Source: Takakia lepidozioides
Taxonomy: Eukaryota; Plantae; Bryophyta
Assembly (NCBI GenBank): GCA_030704615.1
Contig: CM060731.1
Location: forward strand, 72,354,001 to 72,418,000
DNA: 64,000 bases
Reading direction: 5' to 3'
Shown here: piece after piece, positions 21,223-34,300 of the stretch
Numbering within the stretch: position 1 is the first letter of the stretch
How the letters are laid out: each line of letters opens with the position of its first letter
Position numbers and translations under genes: made by a program
The notes under the pieces: model-generated
What the model was told of the DNA's origin: nothing
The model's database searches: none
What the model saw: only the letters and a program-made list of their open reading frames with translations

Positions 21223-22105
21223 ATCAATGGGCGATCAAATGATTGAGCATCCATATGATTTTTGTTTGCTTTCAAACTTTGCCATTATGTTCAACATACC
21301 ATATAACTGGTCCCGGTCTCATATAAGATGAAACGAATTTCAATCAATGGGCAATCGAATAGTTGACCATCAAAATGATTTTTGTTTCCTTCAAACTTTG
21401 TCACTATGTTCAACATATGATGTAACAGGTCCCAGTCTAATGTAACATGAAATAGAATTCATTCATTGGACGATCGAATGGTTGAGCATCCAAATGATTT
21501 TTGTTTGTTTTCTTTGTCACTGTGTTCAACATACCATGTATTAGGTCCCAGACTAATATGAGATCAATTGAAATTCATCCAATAGCTGAACGGATAGTTG
21601 CCCATCTAAATGTTTTTTTGTTCGCTTTGAGACTTTGCCAGTATGTTCAATGTACCATCTAACAGGTCCCAAAGTAATATATGATCAATTAAAATTCATT
21701 CAATGACTCAACGGATGGTTGCCCATCCAAATGGTTTTGATTTCCTTTGAGACTTTGCAAATATGTTCAATATATCATCTAACAGGTTCTAGAGTAATAT
21801 GAGATCAATCGAAATTCATTCAATGGCTCAACAGATGGTTGCCCATCCAAATGATTTTGGTTCGCTTTCAGACTTTGTCAATATGTTCAATGTACCATCT
21901 AACAGGTCCCAAAGTAATATGAGATCAAACGAAATTCGTTCGATGGGCCAATGAGGTGTTCACCTGTCATGCAATTTTGTTCATTGCGAAAAAGAAATTA
22001 TGTCATGGGTGAACAACTATTGCACCCATTGAACGGATGTGGTTGAAGCCCAACTTTTGCCCCTATGTGCTTGAATATGTGTGAAGCACATGTGCGGAGA
22101 CACAA

Positions 22106-22136
<31 letters not shown>

Positions 22137-23720
22137 AACATTTGTCTCCCCAACGACGCGCTCACCCTTCAACCAATTTAGAATTAATTGACTTTCAAAT
22201 AATTAGGTTTACACTATCTTTCATTGGGGGTTTACGCTACGTAATGATTTTATTTTTGGCTCAATCTTGTTCTGTGGCTTCAATCCTTACACTGCTACAT
22301 CCCTTCAAAAGTTTCAGCCAAACAAAAACGAAAAAAAGAAAAAATAATAAATAAATATATAAATATATATCTTTGCTCACTATTGCAGAACTTTGTATAA
22401 AGAGTGCATGATCAAGTTTGGAGTGCAAATGAGGGAAGAAACTGTGGTTTTGGATCTAAATGATTTTTGCTCACTCCCAAATTTGGCACACACGTTGAAT
22501 ATACCGTCATTAGACCTATGATTCAAAAATAGAATTTAAAAAAAATAATTATGTGCATGCGAAACGCAGTCCAACAGGTCCCGAGTAACTGCAGATCAAA
22601 CGGAATTCATTGAATGGGTCAACGGATGGTTGCCCATCCAAATGACTTTTGTTTGCTTTGAAACTTCGCCAATATGTTCGGTACACCATCTCACAGGTCC
22701 CGGACTAATATGATATCAATCAAAAATCGTTCAATGGCTCAACGGATGGTTACCCATCCAAATGATATTGGTTCGCTTTGAGATTTTGCTAGTGTGTTCA
22801 ATATACTATCTAATAGGTCCCAGAGTAATATGAGATCAATCGAAATCGTTCAATGGCTCAACAGATTGTTGCCCATCCAAATGATTTTGGTTCGCTTTGA
22901 GGCTTTGCCAGTATGTTCAATGTACCATCTAACAGGTCCCAGAGTAATATGAGATCAAATGATGCTTGAATATGTGTACAACACATGTGCGGAGACACAA
23001 CAGAAGAAAATACATTCGCCTCCCCAACGACGCGTTCACCCTTCAACCAATTTAGAATTCAATAGAATTTATATAAAATTCAAACAAGTAATTGGGTTTA
23101 CACTGTTGCGGATTGGGGGTTTTTACTACGTAACGATTTTATTTTTGGCTCAATCTTGTTCTATGGCTTCAACCCTCACACCGCTACATCCTTGCAAAAA
23201 TTTGGTCTAAACAAAAATGGAAAAAAAATAAAAAAAATAATGTTATCTTCGCTCACTATTGCAGAACTCTCTATAAAGAGTGCATGAAGTAGTAGACAAA
23301 TCAAGTTTGGAGTGCAAATGAGGGAAAAAACTGTGGTTTTGGGTCCAAATGACATTTATTCACTCCCAAATTTGGCACGCATGTTGAATATGCCGTCATT
23401 AGACATATGGTTTAAAAACAGAAATCATGTGTATGCGAAACGCAGTCCAACAGGTCCTAGAGTAATAACAGATCAAACATAATTCATTGAATGGGTCAAT
23501 AGATGGTTGCCCATTGAAATAACTTTTGTTTGCTTTGAAACTTTGCCAGTACGTTCGGTACATCTTCTCACAGGCCCCGGACCAATATGAGATCAATCGA
23601 AAATCGTTCAATGGCTCAACGGATGGTTGCCCATCCAAATGATTTTGGTTCGCTTTGAGACTTGCTAGTGTGTTCAATGTACCATCTAAACAGGTCCAGA
23701 GTAATATGAGATCAATCAAA
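21223..23720. repeat. 120-bp tandem satellite (~11-12 units in three blocks) with a ~890-bp higher-order duplication
   Basis: Unit CAATGGCTCAACGGATGGTTGCCCATCCAAATGATTTTGG...GAGATCAATCGAAATTCATT. Blocks at ~21223-21945, ~22570-22958 and ~23447-23720; spacer duplicated at ~22067 and ~22963. Confidence 0.92.
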
Positions 23721-23800
23721 ATTTTGAACATATTGGCGTTGAGTTCCTTAAATTAACTCAAAGCATTTAATATGTACACTAATTCCCCCTTTTAGGGCCC

Positions 23801-23841
23801 TATATATATATAATAATTTTATATATATCTTATATACATTT

Positions 23842-23902
<61 letters not shown>
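23801..23902. repeat. Compound microsatellite (TA)n-(AG)n
   Basis: Seen directly. Confidence 0.95.
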
Positions 23903-23904
<2 letters not shown>

Positions 23905-26900
23905 TTTTGGTGAAATAAATATTTAGACCGCATGGATTACCAAGAGGATAAATTTTGTCAGAGGTACATAATTTACAGTTGTGGACTACATTGTTCAAGG
24001 CTACTATGAATACAAAGTTGTTATTTAGTATTGCTTATCATTAGAGTCAGAGGCTCAGACGAAAAGAATAAATAAAAAATTTAGTTTGGCGAGCTCGGGT
24101 TATTCTAGTGATGATTGAAGGTTAAACACTACTTTTATTAGAGCAGGAATAGGGTGCCATAGTGCCATGCCATGGTCGCCACATTTCCTAATAACATTAT
24201 CATCGTCAATTTTTAATAAGTTGCCCGGATTGCCAAAAAAAAAGAACTGATTCCTTAAAACCGTCATCGTTGCCATGTCTTGGTCGTCCTTTCTTAAGCT
24301 GCATGGCAAGAGGAAAATAAATTGTATTTAGGTTTTTTTAGTTTTTTAGTTTTTTTTACAAATGTGCTCTAATAATTTTTTTTATTCATAATGATAATTT
24401 TTTTAAAAAAATATTTTGTTTCTTCACATTCAATGTAAATGTCATCCTATTAATTAGGATAAAGCACAAGACGGAAATCGAATGAGTTATCCACTTATCG
24501 AAACCTCACAAGTTCAACCCTATGAATTTATGATGAGCAAGTTTTAAATTTACTAATATATTACAATAGTACATACATATATAATAAAGGTGCACCCAAA
24601 TAATACAGCTGGTCGAATCCATGATCAGATTTGATGCACACTGTCTATATTTTAGACAATTAAAACTATAGCTCTTAGTTATGTCAACTTGTTAGCTCTA
24701 GCCGAAGTTTTTTTCATCAACAGTACACCATTAATCGATAGACTATGTTTTGAACTTTAAATTGATAATATTTTAAATTAAGAATAATATAAATTGTAGT
24801 TGTTCTTAAGGATCTATTGTATTTAAAATTTTAAACTTAGAATATAAAGAGATTTTGAAACATATGAAAATGAATGAAGAGGAAAAAAAACTCTTGTTGA
24901 AGCACATGTAACTTATGGTGTCACTTCACCCTGAAATGCTGGTACCTTTCATTTGCAATGTAAATACCTTTCAATGGCCGTAAAAAGGGCCATGAATCTC
25001 TCCGACTCCCTAAAAGACAATGCTCAATGTTGCTGCGTGGAAATTGGTGGGCTGCCAGTGAGCTATGAGACTTTCATTATACCCTTGACTTTAGGCCAAC
25101 GACAAATACTACAACAATTTTGATATGGAAAAGCATTACAGTCACCAGTGCATCCTCTCTTGTGAGACCTTCCTCAATCTAGGCAATATCTCCATTTTGA
25201 AAGGCCTGATGTTGTATGTGTTCACCTTTCCAAGGGTAGTAGAAAGGTTGAAATGAACCCCCTCTGTGTGGACCAACATTGATTGTTTATAAAGACCTAG
25301 GAAACGGGTGCTTGTTATTAGACTACGCTATATTGGGTTACAAATAGAATATTGACAGGGGTGACATCTCCAAAATGAGGACACTGGAAGCCTCTGTAGA
25401 TGTCCAAGCTCAAAAAAACTTTCTTAGTCTCTCTATTACCTTTTTAGACCTACAAAAACACAAGCAATGTGTGCGAATAACTACCGCCTTTCATGGAGTA
25501 ACACATTGAAAAAGAACAAAGTGTTCATCTCATCCTAAGAAACTAGCAGAAATCTGTAATGGCAGTACAATACTTCTTATGTCACAAGGCAAATATCTGC
25601 CAGCAAGAAAGAAAACACTCCCTTGAAAATTTTGCTGGTAGTTATTTTTCCCTATTTCTAGGTTTGTTCTTCATTTCATTACATTTCTTTATCAGGTCCT
25701 TATAGGCAGAGGGAAGAGCTGATTACCAACCTTCTTGTGGCATATGTCCAGCTCCGTCAAGCATCGCTAACTTAATAGATTTTCGGATTAATCTTCAGAA
25801 AGTTTTCAGCTTCTGACTTCGGAAGATGTTTGTTTGCCTCCCCCATGCAACAATCGTCGGTACTTTCCAACTATATGAGCTTATAGACACAAGTCAATTT
25901 TGAAAACTTGTCCGACCTTTCTCATGGAAGCAATGGACAACAATCTCAACATAATCCCAAAACAAATTGCTTAACCAATCCAGATCCCACAAGAAAAACA
26001 AATGAAAGATCCTTCACTAGAGGTATCATCCACTAATGGACAACGGGTGATCGTGGCACTGACTAGGGGAGGGGTGGGGGGATGCATTGTGAATAGAAAA
26101 ATCCCCGAACAATTGATATGACATTGGTTGAAGCAAGGAAAATGCCTAGTGGATGATATGAATCGTAATCGTGGGCTGGTCGCTGTTTTTTGGCTGGTCG
26201 CAAGCCAGATTTCATCACTCTCTAGGTTTCGTAGCTCTTTCCACGTGCGCTACCTCCCTTAGGCCCTCCCTCTCTTACTAACTCTCACTCACTCACACTC
26301 TCACTCTCGATAGCTGGAGCGCATGACGTCTTCCTTTCGATCGATGGCTGCCCAATGCGCTCCATTAATCTTTCTCTCTTGTGAGCCCTTCCAGGATGTA
26401 CAACGTACACTTGTCAACTTCCTATGCGCCATGTATTATGCATGTTGCTTCACCTGCTCTCATAGGATGGAGTGGCTCCCGTCTCATAAATTTAATGTTC
26501 TGTGCAGTACAATGATTTTGCAGTACATCACGTCCATGCCCTGCTGCGTCGAGCTCTCCATCGCTGTTAACCGTGCACTGACGGTCGACGACAACAAACC
26601 TCATTACGTCCTGCCTCGAGCTTGGTGATTTTTGGTGTTCAAACGGTATACGGTGTATGATTTTAGTATTGGATGAATGTGGGATTTTGAAGGCGAGTGC
26701 GAGTGTAAGTTTGAGTTTGATTTCCTAATAGGGCAGATTCCCCTTTATTGGCTTCTCTTTATTCTAAAGAGAAGACTAGTACGCATCAGTGTCAAAAATC
26801 GCTAAGCCCTTGTTGTGCCTTCCCTATGTGTCACCTCATCTCCAGATTTGATGAGAACTACTTCATGTGCCTCCAGGTAACATCTCTTACTGAACAATTT

Positions 26901-27099
26901 ATGAAAAGTAAATGGATAAGTTCTCAAGTTTATTATGGATGACAATAGATTTACTATTCACAAAGAGAAGCAATACACGACTAGCCGCTTGTTAAACAAG
27001 CAAGCTTTACCAGCTATATACCTAGTGTTTTAACGTTCACAGTAGAGGAAGGAGAATAACCCCATTGCCATGAATATTGCATCACTGGGGAGGCGGCTT

Positions 27100-29450
27100 T
27101 ATTTATTTATTTATTCTTATTGATATGATCGGGCTTTATTGATATAGTATGATCTTTTTTTTTGAAAAAGATAAGAGGGGATGGAGGCCAGATTGCAGAT
27201 GGTGGAAAAAATAACACCTGATGCCAGTAGAGGGAGTAATTGTAATGTTGAATTTCCAGGGGAGGGATGGGGTTTGATTTACCAGAGCTGTGGCAGATCA
27301 CTTGGATTTCATTGCATTCAGAGCTATCAGGCAGCCAAAACACTTCAGGTTTTGTTAAAAGTCCATTTGACTGCACATTGAAACAGATACCACGGTAATG
27401 ATTCCCAGCTTTCGAGGAAACAAAGAGAGCTTTAAGCTGTGCACCACTGGAGAACCCCAACCATTTGGGAAGAGTAAAATGATGCCTCCTAGCTAGGAGT
27501 TCAGTCCAGAAGGGAGGTAGATTGCCAATGACCAGATCCCAACCCCAAGGCTCGTCTTTTGCTGGAAAGAGCAAGTGAGGCTGTTGCAGGGTCAATGATG
27601 GCATGTTTATGTGAATCCCAAAAATGCAGCATATAGGATAAACTTGCAGATTCCCAATGCGCCCACCTCTCAACACACTGAACCAAATCCTCTGAGTCAC
27701 GGTTAAAATTACCAAAAAGAGGCTGCCTGATGACTTCATCGAAGGAAGAAGGCTTGGTTTGGAAGAGAAAACCTCTTAACTTGCACCAGGCTGTCCAAAT
27801 TGTTTGCCAAGCCCTGGAACCCATACCAAGTTTCGAGTTGGAGCTTCCACCTTGCACTGTCCATCTCAAGGAGGGAGACCACAGAGGGCTAAATTTGGGA
27901 GTGGCATTAACGCGATGGCATCTGACCAGACTCCTCCAAGGGCTCGATAAGTTGGTGAAAACCCTAGGAATCCACTTAGCAAGAAGAGCAGTTATTTGTG
28001 CTTGCGGATCTAGCACACCAAGGCCACCAAACTTCCTCTTTTGACAGATTTGGGCCCAACTTACCAACGCACACTTGTTGGTGGAGGTTGAAGTAGCACC
28101 CCAGATAATTTGATTTTTTTGATGATGGGGGAACCAGGGTACCAAGCAGATGCCGAGAACCAAGTTGAGGCTAACAGAACTTGATTAACCACAAGTGCTC
28201 TGCCAACCACCGAGAGATGGAGGGAACACCAATGCGTAAGCTTCCTTTTAAGCCTAGAAAGAACAGTTGGAATCCTAGAGCCATCGCTGAGGTCATGATC
28301 AATCTGGTGACCCAGACATTCGTGTGCCTGACCTTCTTCCAACCATTTAAGGCCCAGATCCATACCCCAAGGATCGCAATGCTTGACAAGGGAACCAGCA
28401 GGTAGCTAACTTAAAAGGCCAGTAGACTTGTCCAAATTAATTTTTAAACCTGAAGCATTGCAGAAGCTGTCCAGGGAATTCAGAGAAGCAGTCACATTGG
28501 TGCTGGAGCGGTTGTCGATATACATAGTTGTGTCATCCACGTACAACGAGGACCTGATGGAAGATGAGGGATCCCGAGAAGGGGAGCTAGGGATAATCAA
28601 CCCTAGTGAGTCATTTCTTTTTTGAGGAGATGCCCTAATCCGTCAGTTGCAATAAGGAATAGGAATGGGGCTAAGGGGCATCCGTGCCTCACTGATTTGA
28701 AAAGTGGAAAGGATTTAGAGAGGGCTCCGTTTACCATCACCTTGCTGGAGGCTGAAGAGAGCAAGATTCTGATCCAGCTGAGGAAACTTCCATTGATCCC
28801 AATAGCCTTCAAAGCCCCCAGCAAATAGCTCCAGCTAATATTGTCAAATGCCTTTTGGAAGTCAAGCATTAAAAGGGCTAGAGGCTGACTATTCTCACTT
28901 GTGGTGTGTAGAGCTTCGTTAGTCAACAAAATGTTGTCTAGTATCATCCTCTTTTTAATGAATCCCGACTGTTCTGGCCTGATCAGCTTCGGTAACTTTG
29001 GCTGCAGCCTCATAGCAAGAGCCTTTGCCAGAATCTTGTAAGTAGAATTCAAATTACGGTGATAGGTCTACAATTAGACAGATTGTCCCTTGCTCCCTTC
29101 TTGTGAATCAAAGTAATGACACCTTGGGAAAATTGAGAAGGCATAATGCCCTTCTCTAAGAGATCAGTTGCCATCCTAAGGAAGTCTTCACCAATGCAAT
29201 CCCACATGACCTTGAAGAATTCGACAGGCATGTCGTCGAGACCTGGAGTCTTCAAAGAGCTTAAGGACTTTGCAGCTTGCAACAACTCTATACTTAGTTG
29301 AAAAGAGTTTTGAGAGGCTCAGTTGTTCCTCAACAGTGAGCAGCGAAGGGAAGGAAGAAAGGACTTCAGCCCTGTTATCATGAGCCAATGGAGAGATAGT
29401 CTGCAGGTTGCAGAGGTGGGATCGAGTGGGCACTCTTTTGATAGACCTAA
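27100..29450 (-). mobile_element. 5'-truncated, decayed L1-clade LINE (ORF2 reverse transcriptase)
   Basis: KTPGLDDMPVEFFK, RPIT, YKILAKALAMRL, EQSGF, LDFQKAFD, SVRHGCPLAPFLF, LYVDD, KFGGLGV. A (TAAA)n-like tail lies near 27100-27115. Confidence 0.92.
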
Positions 29451-29579
29451 GGACATGGGTTCTACTGCGGCCTCTCATTTTGCTGACCTTGCAATCTAGC
29501 AATTAAAGAAAGAAAGAAAGAATTATGATCTTCAGACTCCTTGGGAACTTTTTTCTCAACAACATTCAACACTAGGATT

Positions 29580-29804
29580 TTTTTTTAGAAACAGTCAGTA
29601 GCTCAGTTGGTAAAGTGCGCTGAGTGCTATCAGGATGACCCTGGGGACAAATCCTGCTGCTTGACGGGTGTGGTACGCTCTTCTCCCCCTTCCCTGCGTA
29701 GCGTCGCATCGCATCGGAAAGCCTTACGGCGAGGTTACTGAGAGGTTATTTTCTCCTCTCTATCAAGGGGCCTGATTTGTGAGCTGTCGCTCCCAGGTGG
29801 TTTC

Positions 29805-29834
<30 letters not shown>
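29580..29834 (+). mobile_element. tRNA-derived SINE, full length with poly(A) tail and 12-bp TSD
   Basis: A-box TAGCTCAGTTGG (~29599), degenerate B-box GGGACAAATCC (~29644), poly(A) from 29810, TSD AACACTAGGATT at 29568-29579 and 29835-29846. Confidence 0.85.
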
Positions 29835-29836
<2 letters not shown>

Positions 29837-30184
29837 CACTAGGATTGAATGCCGCCAAAAGCTGCCCCTAATTCCTCCACAAAGCAAGACAAGCCCTGCC
29901 ATTAGAGGGGAATCCAACTGACATCTTCAGCATCTTTAGACTATTGGGATCCTGAATGTCCGCCATCACCTAAAAGAGATTCCTTTTCTATCCCCAATTC
30001 AGAGCCTTAGATGCAGCGCTCACATTCATTCTTTGTTCTTTCCATTGTATCTCTCAAACTGTTTTAGGTGTCTGGTCTCACAACTCCCCGGTCAAGGCCT
30101 AGTTTGACTTGTCCATAGGTACGGGATGATCGACTTCCATCCCTTCTTGTCTTGTCATCCATCGCCTCTGCAGCTCGTTCAAAT

Positions 30185-30540
30185 GGACGCCCGTTGGATA
30201 CGAATACTCAAACTAAATACACGTATTGTACGGAGGAACGTATGACAAGACACAATAAAGGCTGCGAAATTCTGACGTGTGATTTGAAATCATTCGATTG
30301 CATGGGCCGTACGGGAGCGCATTTAGGGCGTCGCATAATGGGCCACACCAACTTCTGCTTAGACCGGTCGATTATGCTTCGGACCGATGGTCTGAAAGAG
30401 AAACCGGAGTGTGTTTATGCAGCATACTCTGGGGTGTGGGGCTGTGGTGTATGGGATATTCACACGTGGAGAGTTATGGTTGGTGGTTCAGGAAGTGGAC
30501 AGTAACCGTTGGTTGTCAGGATCTCAACGGTAGGGCCCAC
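30185..30540 (+). promoter_or_regulatory. Putative G2/M promoter: MSA (AACGG core) elements, CHR-like TTTGAA, site II TGGGCY/GGGCCCA
   Basis: CCGTTGGA 30191-30198, CCGTTGG 30506, TCAACGG ~30524-30530, TTTGAA 30283-30288, upstream of a mitotic kinesin gene. Confidence 0.55.
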
Positions 30541-31330
30541 GAGGCAAACACTCTTTGGTCTGCACTGTGGAGTCCGAGGAGAGGAAGGAGAGGAGGCTGA
30601 GCTGCTTCGCTTGTGCATATGATAAGCTGAACTTTCGAATTGTGGGTTTTGTCCTGTGCGGGATTCTGTTTGTCGGTCTTTACTGGTTGATCTGCATTTA
30701 TAGACAATCGAGGTTTCAAAGTGCGGGTGTTTGCGATGGTGGTTCAACTTGTCAGACAATTGAGGTTTTGTTTTATTCGTGTGTGAGGGAGAGAAAAGAG
30801 TGAGGGGAGAAAACTCAAGCTTCTACCGTGTAGATTACTTACGAGGAGGAGCTAGGTTGCCGGAGGTTTGCAGTTTCAAGGAATTTGGAACGGAAATTGG
30901 AGGCTGTGAATGCCCCACATGCATCAAGTTGTCTCTCTTTAGGTGATTAAGCTCGTCTTTTGGCCAGTTATTCAACCTGTGCTTTCGTCCATCTGTTTGT
31001 ACGAGAAAGTTGTTGTCTTTGAACTGCACAGTCTGATGGCGTTTTTATCAACGTGACATATACGGGACAGGGAGCTATGCAACTTTACTCTTCTCAAAGT
31101 TCTCGGGTGCTCAGTCGTTAATGCCTGTCTCTACTGCACAATTAGGAAGCTTTCCAGGTCGGATGGTGTGATTAGTTGCCTTCCAACATTTCGAACAGCG
31201 GGGAGAGCACTTCGAATTACGGAGCCTTTCTCTGAGAGGCCCTAGAGATTCCGATGTTATCTATCTCAGCTTCAGCAGCGGAAGGAGGACTGAAGACGCA
31301 GACCTTGGTAAGCAAAAGAAGAAAGAGATA

Positions 31331-34300
31331 ATGGTGAAAGGAACATCAAATCTTCGTCTTTTCTTTCAAAACTCAACGAAAGGTGCCCAGGCAAAAACTC
31401 AAGAGAATTGCAGCGATACTCATGATGTGCTTGCGTCTACAATGCCGATACGACCCCCTTTCGCTCCCATAACTGGAATGGCACCTGACAGCTTAAGTCC
31501 CGCTATCCCAGGCCACACTTCTTCTTTTCACGAAAAACCAGAGGTAACGACCCCTCTAGTGAAGAAGGGGGCTGCTTCGTCTGGTCAATCTAAGTACCCG
31601 CACTTGGAGAATGTGGAGGGCAATGTGGGCTTTCCTGCAGGAACCCCTCATAAACACCGGTCTTTGGCCACTCCCAAGACTTCGCGGCGAAGGTTCGGTT
31701 TGAATCACCGACAGCAGGCGCCAAATGAGGTCGTGACTCCTCATCCGTCATCGTCCACAGGTACCCATCAATTGCTTGTCTAACATGTCCAGTCACTAGT
31801 GCTGTAGAACACTTGCCTAGTGTATGTCGTTTTGGTCCTGCATTGGAGAATTTGCTGTGCAAGGCTGAAGTAGGATGCTCACTTGACTACTAATGAGCAT
31901 GCTGCCCTCTCCACTGATGGGTACACCAAGTCCCAGGTGTTCCAGTACAGCTTTACACTGGAGACAAATGTCATGGCAGTTGCACTCCGATAACAGTTCA
32001 TTCACTTAACAATTATATTGGGTACAGCTGGAGCCAGGAGAGTACAAGCTATGTCCAGCAATGCTCAGAAAAATGCTTCTGATGAAGGAGCTCTGGTGGG
32101 AATGAAAGACTTATCTCCCCCCACCACCTCAGAGTTCAGTGATGCCGACCTGGTTCAGTGTACTCCCCAGACAGCAAGATATGGAGGAGGCCGGCATTCA
32201 GTTGGTCCAGAATCTTTGCTGCTTGTAGGAGGTAATTCCAACCAGCTACAACCCGGAACCCCTGGCAAAATTGTGAGACCAGGGAAGATTGGGACACCAA
32301 ATATGAGCCCCCTGTGTGGAAACCCACGAGGCAGAGTGGTGGGGTCAACACAACAAGTTTGCGATAGTCCACATTTTGAGCTTCAAGAGGACCCTTCTTT
32401 TTGGAGTGACCATAATGTACAGGTGGGTCTCTCAGGCTTACCTCTTCGCACCAAAGTCGCTCTCTCTCTGTGGGAGATTCTATTGTCTACTTTGATATAT
32501 CAATCTCTCACAGAGGTCTTGGATTACAAGGTTCAGAAATGCTTAGCAGCATATATGCATGAGGCGTTGACTCTCAGACAATCCCGTTTTTGGGCTGCTT
32601 GTGTGGGGCCCCTCTCTCTTTTTTGTTTCACGCTTTCTCTTGTCCCATAACCTCTTTGAGCTTGCAGTAGACATTATACAGTATCATTTCATTTCATCTC
32701 TCTCCCTCTCTCTCTCTCTCTTGTTCCTTTCTTTGTTTATTCAGTGGAACCCAAACTCTCACTGATGTCTTTCACTATGAGGATAAAAAATGCGTGGCAG
32801 CCTACCTACACGAGGCCTTCACCCTTAGACAATCGCTAGAACATTAATTGTGGTTTCTGGATTTGTTCCTCTCTCATGTTTTCTTCCATTCTGTCCCATA
32901 AGCTCTATGAGCTTTCCGCGGACGTTATAAAGCACCATTTCATTTCATTTCATTTGTAAAAGAACACTTCTTCTTTTATTGCCCTCTATATTATGACATC
33001 GGTGGGAGATTCCACTGTCTATTCCGTGGAATTCAATCTCTCACTGAAGTCTTCCACTATGAGGATGAAAAATGTTTGGCAGCTTACCTGCACAATGAAT
33101 GCCCTGACCCATAGACAATCCCTTGAGCAGTAGTTGCTTTTGGGCTGTCTTTTGACTCTGGTTTCATTTGTTCCGTGCTCTTTAGGTTCCCTCTGGACCT
33201 TGTCAAGGTTGTCTTGGTAGAAAATTCTGTACTGTCATTAACAACCAAAGAATGAGGTGTGCTATGTTTTTGCATTGCAATTATTTCAGATTCTCATTCT
33301 GTGTACAGAAATGCATGCGTTCCCATCCTTTGAAGCAAATCAGGTGGCCTTCCCAACCTGCCATTATCCATTCTCTCTTTGAAAAATATGCTGATTACTG
33401 CAGGTTTTAGTCCGAACTCGACCACTTAGCACCTCTGAGGCTGCAGTGCAGAACTTTGGCACATCTTTGAGACAAGATAGTGCCAACACCTTAACTTGGC
33501 TTGGACAGCCGGAGTCACGATTCACTTTTGACCATGTGGCGGGGGAAGCAATAACCCAGGTGGGCATGATATATTGCCATGACTTTCACATTATTTCCAG
33601 TATATCGGACCATCCATAATAAATACCAGGAGGCTTCACTTCGAGAACTCATCTGGTGGATTCATTCACCCTGATTTTTAATGCTCTGCAACCTTGAAGT
33701 TTACATACCCAGTGCTCATATGCACAGCAGTCCATATAAACTGAGATAGGAGGATATGATAAACCATATTTGTGGACAAATACCAGTTGCAAAACTCACA
33801 GCCCATTCTCTTTGTGTGAGAGTTTTCATTTTTGTCCCATGGGCAAACCCTCTCACAGATCTCTGCGGCAGCCACAGTGGAGGGTGGCACCACATTCAGC
33901 TACACATATGGATATCTGGTTGTTTTCGTTTTGTGATTTATTTCTGGATGTTCCAGTGGCCTTATAGTTAACTCATCTGCAGGAGAAGCTATTCAGGGTG
34001 GCAGGATTGCCTATGGTGGAGAACTGCATGGCAGGTTACAATAGCTGCATGTTCGCTTATGGCCAGGTTAGCCTACCAATCTTCTCTTGAGATTTTTTTC
34101 TCTTGTTATATTTTCTGAATGATTTGACATGATGACTATGAACTCCAATGGTTCACATTCAAGGTTAAACTGACTTTCCAACCTCTATTCTCTTCCAGTT
34201 CTCTCAGCACATGCAATAAACATGCCCAATTGTCTCGGGCATTCTGAGTATTTCTGAGAACCACTTCAAAGCAATGGTGCAGACCATCAAAAATGCAGGG

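Noticed and set aside
21223-23720. 5S rDNA or a 40-aa repeat protein, given the 120-bp unit
   Set aside because: No 5S sequence or A/C boxes; the consensus frames I translated contain stops.
29594-29665. Functional tRNA gene
   Set aside because: T-loop is degenerate (GGACAAATCC) and it is followed by a body, poly(A) and TSD, so it is a SINE head.
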